From NCBI RefSeq assembly GCF_963921235.1, contig NC_086109.1, positions 10,604,001 to 10,668,000 on the forward strand: a stretch of 64,000 bases of DNA. Reading direction: 5' to 3'. The translations under genes and the position numbers were made by a program. The stretch comes from Mobula hypostoma (lineage: Eukaryota). Each line of letters starts with the position of its first letter. Within the stretch, counting starts at the first letter, position 1. Below the pieces are notes generated by a model. The model was given only the letters and a program-made list of their open reading frames with translations. It had not been told where the DNA came from and made no database searches. Positions 36,211 to 49,653 of this stretch are shown here, piece by piece.

Positions 36211-36359
36211 AAAAATGTATGGCTTGTTTTAAAGATTGGCTGTTACTGTAGGTTAGATGGTATGGGAATGACGGGGCCTAAGAGACAAACTTATTACTGC
36301 AGAATAAAAGCAGTACTCAAATGATGGTCACAGTCATAGAGTGATACAGCATGCATCTT

Positions 36360-36775
36360 TGCCAAGGATCGTCGCCTTGATGTGGTGGAGAGGCTGGTGA
36401 GATCGAGAGTGGGGCGCCTGGCTCCTGGTAAGGTCAATGGGAAAGTCTCAGACCAACAGTGATCCAAGCAAGACCGCCGAAGTGGAGTTGGGGGAAAATA
36501 ATGACACATCACAACAGCGGTGAAGAAGGAGGGAGGCTGCAGCAGTGAAGGGTCCCCAGTCATCTCGCATTCCACGCCTCTGAACCCTGACCCTGATCTG
36601 TCAATGACCGTGTGGTGGCTGCATCAGCCTCCCCACATTAAACAAAGTCACACACAGGTTTTCTCCGTTAAGGGAAACTACCCCAACAGCCCAGATTACG
36701 TCCTGTGGCACAAGTAAATGGCAGATTCAGATCAGTCTCTCCAGCCACCTAGCGACCCACCAGTAGACAACCCTT
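36360..36775 (+). mobile_element. RTE/BovB-related non-autonomous element
   Basis: 5' CGCCTTGATGTGGTGGAGAGGCT resembles RTE/BovB 5'UTR starts. Confidence 0.4.
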
Positions 36776-36941
36776 TAGGAAAATATCATACTCGACTCAA
36801 ATGATTGCACCACTACTACAGCAAAGTGATTAGCCCTTCAGCCCGTCTGGTCCATGCCAACCAAGAATCCCATCTAAACTAATCCCATTAATTCACATTT
36901 ACTGCAGCTCATATCCCTCTTAATCTTTCCTATCCACGTAC

Positions 36942-37300
36942 AAATCAAACAGGTCCTCAATGACAGGCAATTCAAAGAACTTCTAGAGGGACCGGAGAAA
37001 ATTGCAAGGAAGACATTCAAGGATGCTGTTGAAAATTTTCTTGACAATTTTAGAGCACCAAACTACGTGCAGCTGGTTGACAACATGTTTCAAGCATACG
37101 AAACCATGAAGTGCAACACTTCACTAAAGATTCATTTTCCGCATTTCCATTTAGACTTCTTCCCTGCAAATCTTGGTGCTGTTGGTGATGAGATGGTGAA
37201 AAGTTTCATCAGGACATTGGGGTCATGGAGAAATGGTATCAGGGCAACTGGAATCCATCAATGCCAGCTGATTATTGTTGGATACTTAAGTGAGAAGCCT
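36942..37300 (+). pseudogene. DNA transposase remnant, CMC/Chapaev3-like
   Basis: Degenerate translation ...ENFLDNFRAPNYVQLVDNMFQAYETMKCNTSLKIHFPHFHLDFFPANLGAVGDE/(shift)FHQDIGVMEKWYQGNWNPSMPADYCWIL; family assigned from recalled motifs. Confidence 0.6.
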
Positions 37301-37569
37301 CAGACACTAAGTACAAACAAAAATCATCAACAAAACATTTTTAGCTTAGTTGAACTATTGCAAAGCATCAGCGCCATTACGTAATTTATCGCATTATATT
37401 CAATAAAAGTTAATTTCTTGTTTATCCACATTCCTATGTGATACAAGTAGTCTGACATTATATTTGCGTTCGGCTTCAAGCGTCTATTATAACCACAAAA
37501 CATTTCTGAGGAATCAACGCATTCCAAAACTTAGCATAACATAGTAGATTATATTGGTTTATAGTGGCT

Positions 37570-38130
37570 GGGTAGCATAGTAATTAGATAGCGAGGTCGG
37601 GATGTGATTCCCGCTGCTGTCGGTAAGGAACTTGTACATCCTCCACATGACCACATGGGTTCTCTCTGGGTGCTCTGGTTTTTTCCACATTGTGAAGATG
37701 TATGCCGAGGGTTGGTGTTAGTGGGCTAATGGCATGCTAAGTTGGCGCTGGAAGCATGGCAACACTCTTCAGGCTGCTCTTAGCACCATCCGTGCTGATT
37801 TGATTTGACACAAATGATACTATATTTATTTATTTATTAATTAATTAACATACAGTGTGGATGGAATAGGCCCTTCTGGCCCTTCAAACCATGCTGCCCA
37901 GCAACACCCCCCCCCCCCAATTTAATCCTAGTCTAATCACAGGACAATTTACAATGACCAATTAACTTACCAACCGGTACCTTTTTGGATTGTGGGAGGA
38001 AACCGGAGCACCCGGAGGAAACCCACGCAGTCCTGGAGAGAACGCACAAACTCTTTATAGGCAGAGGTGGGAATTGAACCTGGGTTGCCTGTACTGTAAA
38101 GCACTGTACTAACTACTATACCATCGTGCT
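37570..38130. mobile_element. Two V-SINEs (+ then -)
   Basis: tRNA heads and V-domains at 37570-37820 (+) and 37830-38130 (-). Confidence 0.6.
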
Positions 38131-38869
38131 GCCTGTACATGTTTCGATGTTTTGATTTGCATGTGACTAATAAAGCTAACCTTTAAGCTGAATGTCAAGG
38201 GTAGGAGTAGGTGGGTAGGTGTCGGACACAGTCATTGCCAAATACTTTCGCAGTGACGGTATGGAACTTGCCACTGATCATCCGGTGCCTGAACACCGAC
38301 CATATCTTGCTGAGAAGCTGCAGACGTTACTGAACACTGCTGGAAATGCTTTACTATTTTCACATGTACCGAGGTACATTTTACTGTGGGTTTCGATGCT
38401 TCAATGTACCTGTGAGAAATAATGCAAATCGCTTATCTTTGAAAAAACTTGTCTTGCATACTGTTCATACACAGCCAATGATTACACAGTGCATTGAGGT
38501 GGAACAAGTTATGAGGTAAAGGCAAATACCATTAGAAGCTTTCAAGAGACGTTTGGATAGGCACTTGGATGTAAGGAAGATGGAGGGATATGGACATGTG
38601 TAGGCTGGAGAGATTAGCGTTTGGGTGTTTTTCATTTGCTTTTGAGCTGGTTCGATACAACATTGTGGGCCAGATAGCCTGCTCCTGTATTCTATGCTCA
38701 TTGTTCCGTGCTCTGTGTAATAACAGAATGCAGAATAAAGTGCAACAGCTACAGAGAAGGGGGCAGTTCAGGTAAACAATAAAGTGCAAGATCAGAACAA
38801 GAAGATTGTGAGGTCAAGAGTCTATTTTATCGGCGGGATCTCTCAGCAGCCAGCCTCCCCTACAGCCGT

Positions 38870-39340
38870 TTGAGGAACAACACCTTATATTCCTTCTGGG
38901 TAACCTCCAACCTATTGGAATGGACATTTATTTCTCAAACTTCCAGTATTTGCCACCTCCCCACCACTCCTTCTCCATTCCCCGTTTCTGTTTCCCTCTC
39001 TCACCTTATCTCCTGACCTGTCCATCACCTCCCTCTGGTGCTCCTCCCGCTTCCCTTGCTTCCATGATCTTCTGTCCTCTCCGAGCAGATTCCCCCTTCT
39101 CCAGCTCTCTTCCACCAATCAACTTACCAGCTCTTTACTTGGCCCCCTCTCCGTCTCCCGGTTTCACCTTTCACCTACCACCTTGTACTTCTTCCTCCTC
39201 TCCCCCCATCTTCTTACTCTGACTTCTCCTCTTTCATTCCAGTCCAGATGAAGGGTCTCGACCCAAAACGTTGACTGTTTACTCTTTTCCACAGATGCTG
39301 CCTGGCCTGCTGAGTTCTTCCAGCATTTGGTGTGTGTTGC
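38870..39340 (+). mobile_element. Penelope-like element 3' fragment
   Basis: GAGGAACAACACCTTATATTCC (EEQHLIF); decayed hammerhead at 39241-39276. Confidence 0.8.
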
Positions 39341-40569
39341 TCCATCTTATCACACGAGAGGGTGATTCGGAAGTCTTATAACAACAGACATATTTGACAG
39401 AGAGCATTTCTGACCTTCTGATGGAAGGAAGGTCATAGATAAAGATGTTCAGGAGGATTGATCTTCAAACATTGGTCTACAGAACTCCTGCAACGATATT
39501 CTTGGAAACCATTTAAATGTCAGTGTGACTGTAGAAAGATTGTGCATAATGATAGAATACACAAAATATATTCCACATTAATTTTGTAAGAAGAAAAAAA
39601 ATGCATTCTAGTTTCTTTTCTGATCTTTAATGGACAATTTTGTAACTCACTTTTCATTCTTAATGCTGTGTCCTTAGCTGAATTACATTGGCATTCACGT
39701 TTGGATCACTAGTGAATCAAAATGTACGTCTGGACACTTGCCACAAAAGGAAAGCGCAGGAGCCAAAATCATTAGGTATTAAGAATTTCAGATGGAAGAT
39801 TACAGTCTGTAAAGCCCTTAGAAGGTAGACTTCAGGGTAACACCATTCTTAATCCCTTCTTAATGTTGAAAGCTCCAAGGTTTCAGTAGAATTCTTCACA
39901 AGGGCAATTGATTCTTCTTTTTTGTGCAGAAGTTGGAGGAAAAAGAGTTTATTGGAACCTGCACAGGGAACAAGTAATGATTTGAAATGAACAATGTAAT
40001 TAAGTTTAGTCTGTTTAAATTCAATTATTGTGTTTACCAATGTAAGAAAAATGAAAGGCAAGGATTCTGGAGAAGGGATTAAGGGGTACTCAGAGGGAAG
40101 AGATAAATGAGGTTGAAAATAATTAGAAAGTGATGGCTTTGAATGGAGAAATGGACTGCTGCACAAACATCTGTGTTTGGAGTAGAAATTCGATTTCAGA
40201 TATTTGCGCTAAGTACTCAACTTGGAACAGAACTTTAAAAGCAAAAATGCAATTTGGAGCCACTTTGGTATTGGGCATTTAATGCACTCAGCTGAGAATG
40301 AATATATAACCTGCTATATGCGCTATGCTAGCTTAACAGTTAGAGTAACACTGTTACTGCAACAGGGACTGAGGTTCGATTCCTGCCACTGTCTGTAAGG
40401 AGGTTGTCCATTCTCCCTGTGATGCCATACGTTCTTCCAGGTGCTCTGATTTCCTCCGACATTCCAGAGATGTATGGATTAATTGGACACAAGAGTGTAC
40501 TTGGGCAGAACAGGCTCATTGGGCCAGAAGGGACTGTTACTGCTCTGTATCTCTGAAAAATATATATGT

Positions 40570-40860
40570 AAAGTCATGGGAGCAGGTGGTGGATGGTCGT
40601 ATGAGCAGCTGGTGATGTAACCACCGATGCCAAGCAGACAGGCTCTGAAGAGAATTGATAATGGCCGGGGTCACCCGTCTTATAAAGACGCTGCCCAGAA
40701 GAAGGCAATGGCAAACCACTTTCTGTAGAAAAATTTGCCAAGAGCAATCATGGTCATGGATGGAAGACCATGATCGCCCACGTCATATGATGAGACACAT
40801 AATGATGATGTCATATGACACATAATGATGATGTCATACGACACATAATGATGATGATGT
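40570..40860 (+). mobile_element. RTE-tailed SINE with tandemly duplicated tail
   Basis: GAAGAAGGCAATGGCAAACCACTTTCTG; three GTCATA(T/C)GA..ACACATAATGATGAT units. Confidence 0.7.
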
Positions 40861-41159
40861 ATATCTCCGCCTCTCCTGAACGGCAAATGCTTATGTGCTA
40901 CATGAAATGATGCACTAATGGAACTTATAAACACGGGTCAGGACCCACAGGTCCATCGTTGACTTGCCCTGGCACTGCTTTTGGGCCTTGTATCTAAGAA
41001 AGGATGTGCTGGCCCTGGAGAGGGTCCGGGGAGGTTCACAAGAATGGTCAAGAATGGAGGCGTAACATAATCAAGAGTGTTTTTGATGTCGCTGAACTTG
41101 TACTGGGGAGGCACGGTAGCATTGTGGTTAGCCCTATGCTTTACCATGCCAGCGACTGG

Positions 41160-41695
41160 TAGGGTTGCCAACTTGCTCACTCCTAAATAAGGGACAAAAG
41201 TAGCAGTCAAATACAGGACACTTGTGTTTACCCCGAGAAAGACTACCATGACCATGAAGCCTTGCGCGGGCACCTGTGTGCACATGCGTGACGTGCGCAT
41301 TGCTCATGCGTGTACGTGCCGATTTTTTTCTACAAATCGGTTTTGGCCTAATCTTCCCGACTACACTGTACATACATTATTTCTACTTTATATAGGCTGT
41401 GTATTTATCATATCATTCCTGCTTTTACTATATGTTAGTGTTATTTTAGGTTTTATGTGTTATTTGGTATGATGTGGTAGGTTATTTTTTGGGTCTGGGA
41501 ATGCTCAAAAATTTTTCCCATCTGGTAATAATGGTAATTGCTTCTTCGCTTTACACCATTTCGGCACGAAAGGTTTCATAGGAACGCTCTACCTTAGCGG
41601 GGGAAATACGGGACAAGGGCGGTCCCGTATGGGACTAACCAATATAGCCCAATATACGGGATGTCCCGGCTAATACGCGACAGTTGGCAACCCTA
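41160..41695. mobile_element. hAT (Blackjack-like) MITE, 536 bp
   Basis: Perfect 14-bp TIR TAGGGTTGCCAACT/AGTTGGCAACCCTA; perfect 8-bp TSD GCGACTGG (41152-41159, 41696-41703); inserted in a V-SINE head. Confidence 0.92.
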
Positions 41696-42419
41696 GCGAC
41701 TGGAGTTCATTTCCCACTACTGCCTGTAAGGGGTTTGTACATTCTCCCCGTGACCGCGTGGGTTTCCTCCGGGTGCTCAGGATCCCCCCCCACAATCCAA
41801 AGACGTAGGTTAATGGTAGGTTAATGGGCCATTGTAAATTGTCCTGGGGTTAAGTTGGAAAATTGCTGTGCGGCCCAGTCAACGGGCCGGAAGGGCCTAT
41901 TCCATTCTGTATCTCCATAAATAAATAAATAAAATGGTTGCAGAGGGATTTGGGGTCGGGGAGGAGGAAGAACTGACTGAAATTTACTGAATTAGTGGGT
42001 GAGTCTAAGACCAGAGGACATCGCCTCACCAGAAAGGGACTTTCCTCTCGAACTGACCCACTAACGAAAACACCCTCTGTACTTCTTTGGAATGTGGTAG
42101 GAAACTGGAGCACCCAGAGACCCCCATGGTCAGGGGAAGAATGTACAGACAGTGGAAGGAAATGAACCCTGGTCGCTGGCACTGTTAAGTATTACGCTAA
42201 CTACTGCACTACCGTCCTGCCTTGAGTTTATTCTGCTATGCTCCAATGAATAAAGTCCCAGACCACACAAACTCAGCCTCTTAAGTCCTGATAGCATCAC
42301 CATAAATCTTCTTTGCACTCTTTTCAGCTTTATGTTATTTTTCCTATAACAGACTGTCCAGACCTGAACACATTATTCCAAGTATGGCCTCACCATCATC
42401 TTGTGCAGCTTCACATCGG

Positions 42420-43195
42420 CTGCACAGCAGTGGAAACCGGGAGCGGTTTCAAGCTGCAGGAAATGGACTCCTCACGCAACCTCTCATGGTCCCAGAACAC
42501 ATTCTACACAATTAGGAAAGCTCACCAATGCCTCTACTTTCTGAGCAGGCCGAAGAGAACTGGGCTAAGCACATCTATACTCCCGAACTTTCACAGGGCT
42601 GCGGTACTGTACAATGGTGTTTCACTGTATGGTCCAGTAATGGCCACTGCGTTGGACAGGAGGGCTCTACGACGGGTATGAAAAACTGCCCACCAAATCA
42701 CTGGCACCAGCCTACCCACCATCAAAGACTTACCATATACAGAAAGGTGGCGGAAAAGGGCTAGTATCAACTCAAAGGACCTCGCCCTCCCTGCTCATGG
42801 ACTGTTTGTCCCAATCCCATCAGGGAGGAGGCGACGTAGAATCCACTCAGGACCACCAGACTGAAAAACAGTTACTTTCCCCAAGCAGTAAGGCTGATCA
42901 ACTCCTCCACCCACTAACCCACCCCTCCACATCCCCAACCATCATTTATTATTTCCTGTCAGTCACCTTATGTACAGATATTCCTGTACCAAGCATCACT
43001 TTATGTACATATAATCAATCTGTACATATATATGTATAATTTATCTTATGTATTTATACTTATTGTGATTAATTACGTTCTTTATCTTATTGTGTTTATT
43101 TTGTGCTGCATTGGACCGAGAATAACTAATATTTTGCTCCCCTTTACAATTGTGGACTGGAAATGAAATTAAGCAGTCTTGAATCTTGAACTTAA
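42420..43195 (+). mobile_element. Rex1/Babar LINE 3' fragment
   Basis: NLSWSQNTFYTIRKAHQCLYFL...; tail TTGAATCTTGAA. Confidence 0.7.
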
Positions 43196-43511
43196 TACTC
43201 CCGCTGCTAGACTGAGTGCCCTGATTGGTGAAGACCAGTCTGCCAAACCTGTCGACTTGCAACACCACATTTAGGGAACCTACACCTGCATTGTACTTCT
43301 GGGTTCCTCTGTTGTTCGACACTCCCCAGGGCTCTAGTATTCACTGCGAAAATCATAAGTTGTGGGCATGCAATATTGACACTGGTAGCATGGTGACACC
43401 TGTACGGTGAACATCCTCGGAGTGTGTTGGTCGTTGACGCTGTTCCTTTCAATGTTTCAATGTACATGTGACAATAAAAAAACTAATGTATCTCTTTAGA
43501 ATGAAGGGTGG

Positions 43512-43770
43512 TCACGATGCCCGCTGGCAACATCAGAGCCTAAGTGCAGAGGAACAACAGACTCTGATGTAGAGACAGTGACGAGGTTTATTCGTAATCA
43601 TTCCCAAAGAACATTGGTGGCCTGGCCGAGTGACGCCGCGAGAAGTACCATTCTCAAAACTAGGACCCCGCGATCAGCACTAATCAGGCATCCACTTAAA
43701 TAATACAAATAACACTAAGTCCCTGAGCCTATCAAAATAAACTTAGCAAACTTAAATAGAAGGCACGAGG
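43512..43770 (-). mobile_element. Possible LTR fragment
   Basis: Minus strand ends ...AATAAACC...CTGCACTTAGG...CGTGAC, like the U5 end of a Gypsy LTR; no partner LTR or TSD. Confidence 0.3.
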
Positions 43771-43774
43771 AGAC

Positions 43775-44425
43775 AGATCCCCAAAAGTTGCCTCACAGGT
43801 AGATAGGGTAGTTAAGAAAGCTTATAGGGTGTTAGCTTTCATAAGTCGAGGGATAGAGTTTAAGAGTCGCGAGGTAATGATGCAGCTGTATAAAACTCTG
43901 GTTAGGCCACACTTGGAGTACTGTGTCCAGTTCTGGTTGCCTCACTATTGGAAGGATGTGGAAGCATTGGAAAGGGTACAGAGGAGATCTACCAGGATGC
44001 TGCCTGGTTTAGAGAGTATGGATTATAATCAGAGATTAAGGGAGCTAGGGCTTTACTCTTTGGAGAGAAGGAGGATGAGAGGAGACATGATAGAGGTGTA
44101 CAAGATATTAAGAGGAATAGATAGAGTGGATAGCCAGCGCCTCTTCCCCAGGGCACCACTGCTCAATACAAGAGGTCATGGCTTTAAAGTAAGGGGTGGG
44201 AAGTTCAAGGGGGATATTAGAGGAAGGTTTTTTACTCAGAGAGTGGTTGGTGCGTGGAATGCACTGCCTGAGTCAGTGATGGAGGCAGATACACTAGTGA
44301 AATTTAAGAGACTACGAGACAGGTATATGGAGGAATTTAAGGTGGGGGGTTATATGGGAGGCAGGGTTTGAGGGTCGACACAACATTGTGGGCCAAAGGG
44401 CTATTCTATGTTCTATGTTCTATGT
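43775..44425 (+). mobile_element. CR1 LINE 3' fragment with open ORF2 C-terminus (43829-44371)
   Basis: LYKTLVRPHLEYCVQFW...FFTQRVVGAWNALP; (TTCTATG)n tail. Confidence 0.9.
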
Positions 44426-44793
44426 CTATCACAAAGAGTGTGTCGCTTGAGAGCAACACAAGGAACTCTAAAGGATTAACGACTGTCATCGAACAACAAT
44501 AAACCATTTCAGGTGCTCTAAAAAACTGGAGCCCAACCTTCTCTGGTGCCTTGCACAGGCCCGGAGAACTCATTACAAGGGTAATTTGAGGAAGACCTAT
44601 TTGTCTTGCTGAAATGCAACAACCTGCGCTTAACTGAATTAAATGCTTCACTTGCGGAACATTTTTCTATAAGTCCACCCACACTCTGTCCTCCTTTTTC
44701 ACCTTTCTCTTTAATTTTATTTATTTAAAGGTACAGAGTGAAACAGGCCCTTCTAGCCCAACAAGCTGTACCACCAGAAACGCAGCTATTTTT

Positions 44794-45412
44794 AGATTAT
44801 GAGGACACGCAGTCCTTCTTTTATTGTCATTTAGTAATGCATGGATTAAGAAATGATACAATATTCCTCCGGTGTGATATCACAGAAACACAGGACAGAC
44901 CAAGACTGAAAAACTAACAAAAACCACATAATTATAACATACAGTTACAACAGTGCAACAATACCACAACTTGATGAAGAACAGTCCGTGGCACAGTAAA
45001 AAGTTCAAAGTCTCTTGAAAGTCCCACATCTTACGCAGATGGGAGAAGGAAGAAAACTCTCCCTGCCATGCCCGACCACAGTCCGACTCTGAGTCATCCG
45101 AAAACTTCGAGCTCCGATCAGCCCTCCGACACTAAGTACTGAGCACCGTCTCTGCCGAATGCTTCGACCTCAGCCTCGGTCACCAGCAGCAGGCAAAGCC
45201 GGGGATTTTGGGGCCTTCCGTCTGGAGATTCTCGATCGCACAGTAGCAGCGGCAGCGAACCGGGCATTTCAGAAATTTCTCCAGATGTTCCTCTGTGCCT
45301 TCTCACGTCTGTCTCCATCACATCAGAATTGTCCACGTCCCCTATTTAACAAATACCATATCATTTCACTGGAGAGCTGCGCGCGCTGCGTCACGCCGCC
45401 ATCTTCTCCTCC
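44794..45412 (-). mobile_element. Young Rex1-type non-autonomous retroelement (copy 2)
   Basis: Homologous to 11254-11949 with an internal deletion; interrupts a V-SINE tail. Confidence 0.8.
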
Positions 45413-46007
45413 CGCCGGAGGAGACACTAGCCTAATCACAGGACAATTTACAATAACCAATTAACCAACTATCGGGTATGTCTTTGAAATGTGGAAGGAA
45501 ACCAGGGCACCTGGAGGTGCATTCAGTCATGGGGAGAATATACACATTCTTTACAGATAGCATCAGAATTCAAAGTAAATTTTTTATCAAAGTGCATACA
45601 TGTCACTATATACCACCCTGAGATTCCTTTCCTTGCAGGCATACTCAATAAATTCATAATCAAATTAATGAAAGACTGCACCAACTTTGGCGTTCAATCA
45701 GTGTGTAAAAGATAACAAACTGTGCAAATACAAAAAGAAATAAATAATAATAGTAATAATAATATGTAAACAAACAATAAATATTGAGAAAATGATATTG
45801 ATATTGAGTCCATAGGTTGTGGGAACATTTCAATGATGGGGCGAGTGAAGTTGAGTGAAGTCATACTCTTTGGATCAAGAGCCTGACGGCTGAGGGGTAA
45901 TAACTGTTCCTGAATCTGGTGTTGTGAGTCATGAGGCTCCTGTACCTTCTCCCTGATGAAAGCAGTGAGAAGAGATCATGACCTGGGCGGTGGGGATCCC
46001 TGATGAT

Positions 46008-46860
46008 GGATGCAACAACCCGTCTCTGAATGTGAACAAAACAAAAAAGATGGTTGTTGACTTCAGGAGGACACGGAACAATCACTCTCCGCTGAACATC
46101 GACGACTCCTCCGCAGGGATCGTTAAGAGCACCAAATTTCTTGGTGTTCACCTGGCAGAGGATCTCACCTGGTCCCTCAACACCAGCTCCATAGCAAAGA
46201 AAGCCCAGCAGCGTCTCTACTTTCTGCGAAGGCTGAGAAAAGTCCATCTCCCTCCCCCCACCCTCACCACATTCTACAGAGGTTGTATTGAGAGCATCCT
46301 GAGCAGCTGCATCACTGCCTGGTTCGGAAATTGCACCGTCTCGGATCGCAAGACCCTGCAGCGGATAGTGAGGTCAGCTGAGAAGATCATCGGGGTCTCT
46401 CTTCCTGCCGTTACAGACATTTACACCACACGCTGAATCCGTAAAGCAAATAGCATTATGAAGGACCCCACGCACCCCTCATACAAACTCTTCTCCCTCC
46501 TGCCATCTGGAAAAAGGCACCGAAGCATTCAGGCTCTCACGACCAGACTATGTAACAGTTTCTTCCCCCAAGCCATCAGACTCCTCAATACCCAGAGCCT
46601 GGACTCACACCAACCTACTATACCCTCCACTGTGCCTATTGTCTTGTTTATTATTTATTGTAATGCCTGCACTGTTTTGTGCACTTCATGCAGTCCTGGG
46701 TAGGTCTGTAGTCTAGTGTAGTTTTGTGTTGTTTTACATAGTTCAATGTAGTTTTTGTATAGTTCGTGTAGCACCATGGTCCTGAAAAACATTGTCTCAT
46801 GTTTACTGTGTACTGTACCAGCAGTTATGGTCAAAATGACAATAAAAAGCAACTTACTTT
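46008..46860 (+). mobile_element. Rex1/Babar LINE 3' fragment (young)
   Basis: LNVNKTKKMVVDFRR...[16 protein letters not shown]...[13 protein letters not shown]...[19 protein letters not shown]...SFFPQAIRLLN; 3' AATGACAATAAA; inserted into an older minus-strand Rex1. Confidence 0.88.
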
Positions 46861-48110
46861 CCTGCGACAACACATTATGCAGATGTGCTTAATGGTGGGG
46901 AGGGCTTCACCCATGATGGACTGAGCCATATCCACAACTTTTTGTAGGATGTTCTGTTCAAGGGCGTTGGTGTTTCCATCCAGTCAATATACTTTCCACC
47001 GCACATCTATAGAAGTTTGTCAAAGTTTTAGATGTCATGCTGAATCTTGGTAAACTGCTGAGGAAGTCGAGGCGCTGCTGTGCTTTCTTCATAATGGCAC
47101 ACGTGCTGGGCCCTGGACAGGTCATCTGTAATGAACTCAGACTTGAACTCTGAACTCCGACCCCCTCCCGCCTTGTAATGGCATTGCACTAACCGCTACA
47201 CTACCATGCTTCGCTTTGGCGGGGCAGTTAATCATGCTCTTTGGCTCTGTGAAGTTTAGCATCTTACGATGTTAAAGGTCTTGTAAAAGTGGGAATGTAA
47301 ATGACTCTTTGTTATTCAGATGACTCATTGAAACTGGGATTCCTACTTGACAGCCAGATCTCCTCTCCGTTGGCTATATTTCCTTGTAAATACTTTAAAA
47401 CTTGAAGGTGCAGTTGAGATTTTGTTTTCACATTCACTCAAACGGATGTTCATGGGGAAAATATATTCGGAAAATTGCTCCGAACTCAGTGAGAACGCTT
47501 TCCACTGCAGCTTTTAAACAACTCAAAGATCAGAAATGAAAAGTGGAATGAAAACACCTACTGGATTTAAGGAAGGATCTCATGCACCACATCTGATGTT
47601 GTGTGTGTGTGTGTGTGTACGTGTGTCCTTTTGTTCTCCAAAGACTTAACTTTTAACTTTTGCCAAATATTAATGCGGAAAGTTTTAAAATTAAAGTGGA
47701 GCATCTGAATTAAATAAAACTGCAAATTGTAGAAGACTGTTAATAATTTCATAGCCGTTATGATTACTGAATAATGTGTTTGCCATAATTCCATGGAATC
47801 AGATTTCTGAAATAAAAATGCTAATGTCTTCCATGCTTTTTCCTGTCCCATTAATTGCAGCTTTAATATTACTTGGGTTCTGACCTTTACTTAGCTCAGC
47901 TGCTAGTGAAATCTGCAACCATGCCTTTGTAGCCTCAACTTGTCAGTGATGGCTTCCTGGACGGAATTCCATTGCCTGTCTGCTTGAGAACATCCAAAGT
48001 TTGCCTGCATTAGTGCTGATTCCTATAGAGTCCCATTCACTCCAACTTCACTCACTTTAACACTGAACTGATTCCATAACCTATGGGCTCACTTTCAATG
48101 AGTCTGCAAC

Positions 48111-48540
48111 CAATGTTCCCTCTAATTTGTACTGACCAGTGGGCGCAAAAATCTCGTGCTAAGCAGTTTTTTGCCTAGTGACAACAATATGTTTTTAAGT
48201 GGAAGTAAACCTGAAGCTATTAAACTTCCAAGTCCAGTTTGTTGTTCATTATTTAAAAGAAATAAAATAATACACATCAATAAGTCTTATTTCTCATATA
48301 GTATACGGCAGCATGTAATAATGGCAAGGAACTTGACATAGTGAATCAATAATTTCTTCAATAAGACACCGGAAGAGACCGGAAAAGGAAATGCGATTGT
48401 GTACGATTGTGAAATATGCTTAACATGCCGACACGGTAGAGGGTGATAACCTTTCGTGTGCAGTTTAAATCCCTTTGTGCGCTAGTAGCAAAAGATGTGT
48501 GCCCGTGCACACACACGCGCACTCTTTAGAGGGAACATTG
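48111..48540. mobile_element. hAT-type MITE, 430 bp
   Basis: Perfect 15-bp TIR CAATGTTCCCTCTAA/TTAGAGGGAACATTG; 8-bp TSD TCTGCAAC/TCGACAAC (2 mismatches). Confidence 0.85.
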
Positions 48541-49653
48541 TCGACAACTCATGTCCTCTATATTATTTATTTACTCTTGTTATTATTTATGTGCTTTTTT
48601 TTGGATTTATACAGTTTGTCTTCTTTTGCACATCGGTTGATTGCCTTTGTGTGAAGTCTTTCAATGATTCTATTATGTTTCTTTGTATTTACAGTGAATG
48701 TCCGCAAGAAAATCATATGGGTGACAAATAAGTACTTAGATAATAAATTTAATTTGAACCTTCAACTTTGAAGTTACATACCTTTGTACCCTCTATCCAC
48801 GCCTTTGTAGACTCTATACTTGTAGATGATGTCATCCTAGACAGACCGTCACTTCCCATTGCCTCGATACCCGATATTATCCAAAGATTCCCTGCATTGG
48901 TGCAGAGTCTATGTTTCCTATGTTTGTATGAGTCCCATTCTCTTCAAGTTACACTGTCTCCCTTTAAACAACTTGAAAAGGCGTTCCTCCGTGTTTCCAA
49001 GCAGGCGTACAGGAGCGAGACAGATCAGCTGGTGAAGTGGTGTCGCAACAGTAACATTGCACTCAACGTCAGTAAGACCAAGGATTTGATTGAGGACTTC
49101 AGGACTGTGCAGAGATGTGAGATCGTCCCTACAGTACTGGGAAAAGTCATTAATGCTGAGTGATCTGCGGACGATATAATTTCAGAAGGGTGATGCAGGA
49201 TTTGAACCTGAAATGCTAACCGTTCCTTCCCGCGCCCCCCCAACCCCAACACACAGCTGCTGCTCGACCTGTCGTTCCTCCAGCAGGTAGTGTGCCAGCT
49301 CCAACTTCCAGTCTCTTGTGTTTCCAGGGGCCGCTGGGTTGATCTCAGCCAGCAGCTTTCCAGGGTGACAAACGATCAGCTTCATTTGTATCAAAACATA
49401 CAGTGAAATGTGTCAATTTGCGTCAAATCAGAATCAGAATCAGCGAAGATTGTACTGGGCAGCCCACAAGTATTGCCGTGCTTCCAGTGCCAACATGGCA
49501 AGCTCACATTTCACTAACCTTAACCAAGCAGCTAAGGCTGTATGAACCTGCTCCTCATCGGTGTAATCTGATAACACACACCCAATAATTTACAACAACT
49601 TCTTCCCCTCCACCGTCAGATTTCTGAACGGACAATGAACCAGCCCCTGCCCA

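Noticed and set aside
45978..46436. Host gene with an ALKBH8-N/DUF1891-like segment
   Set aside because: This segment is the C-terminal part of Rex1/Babar LINE ORF2, multiple copies of which occur in the window.
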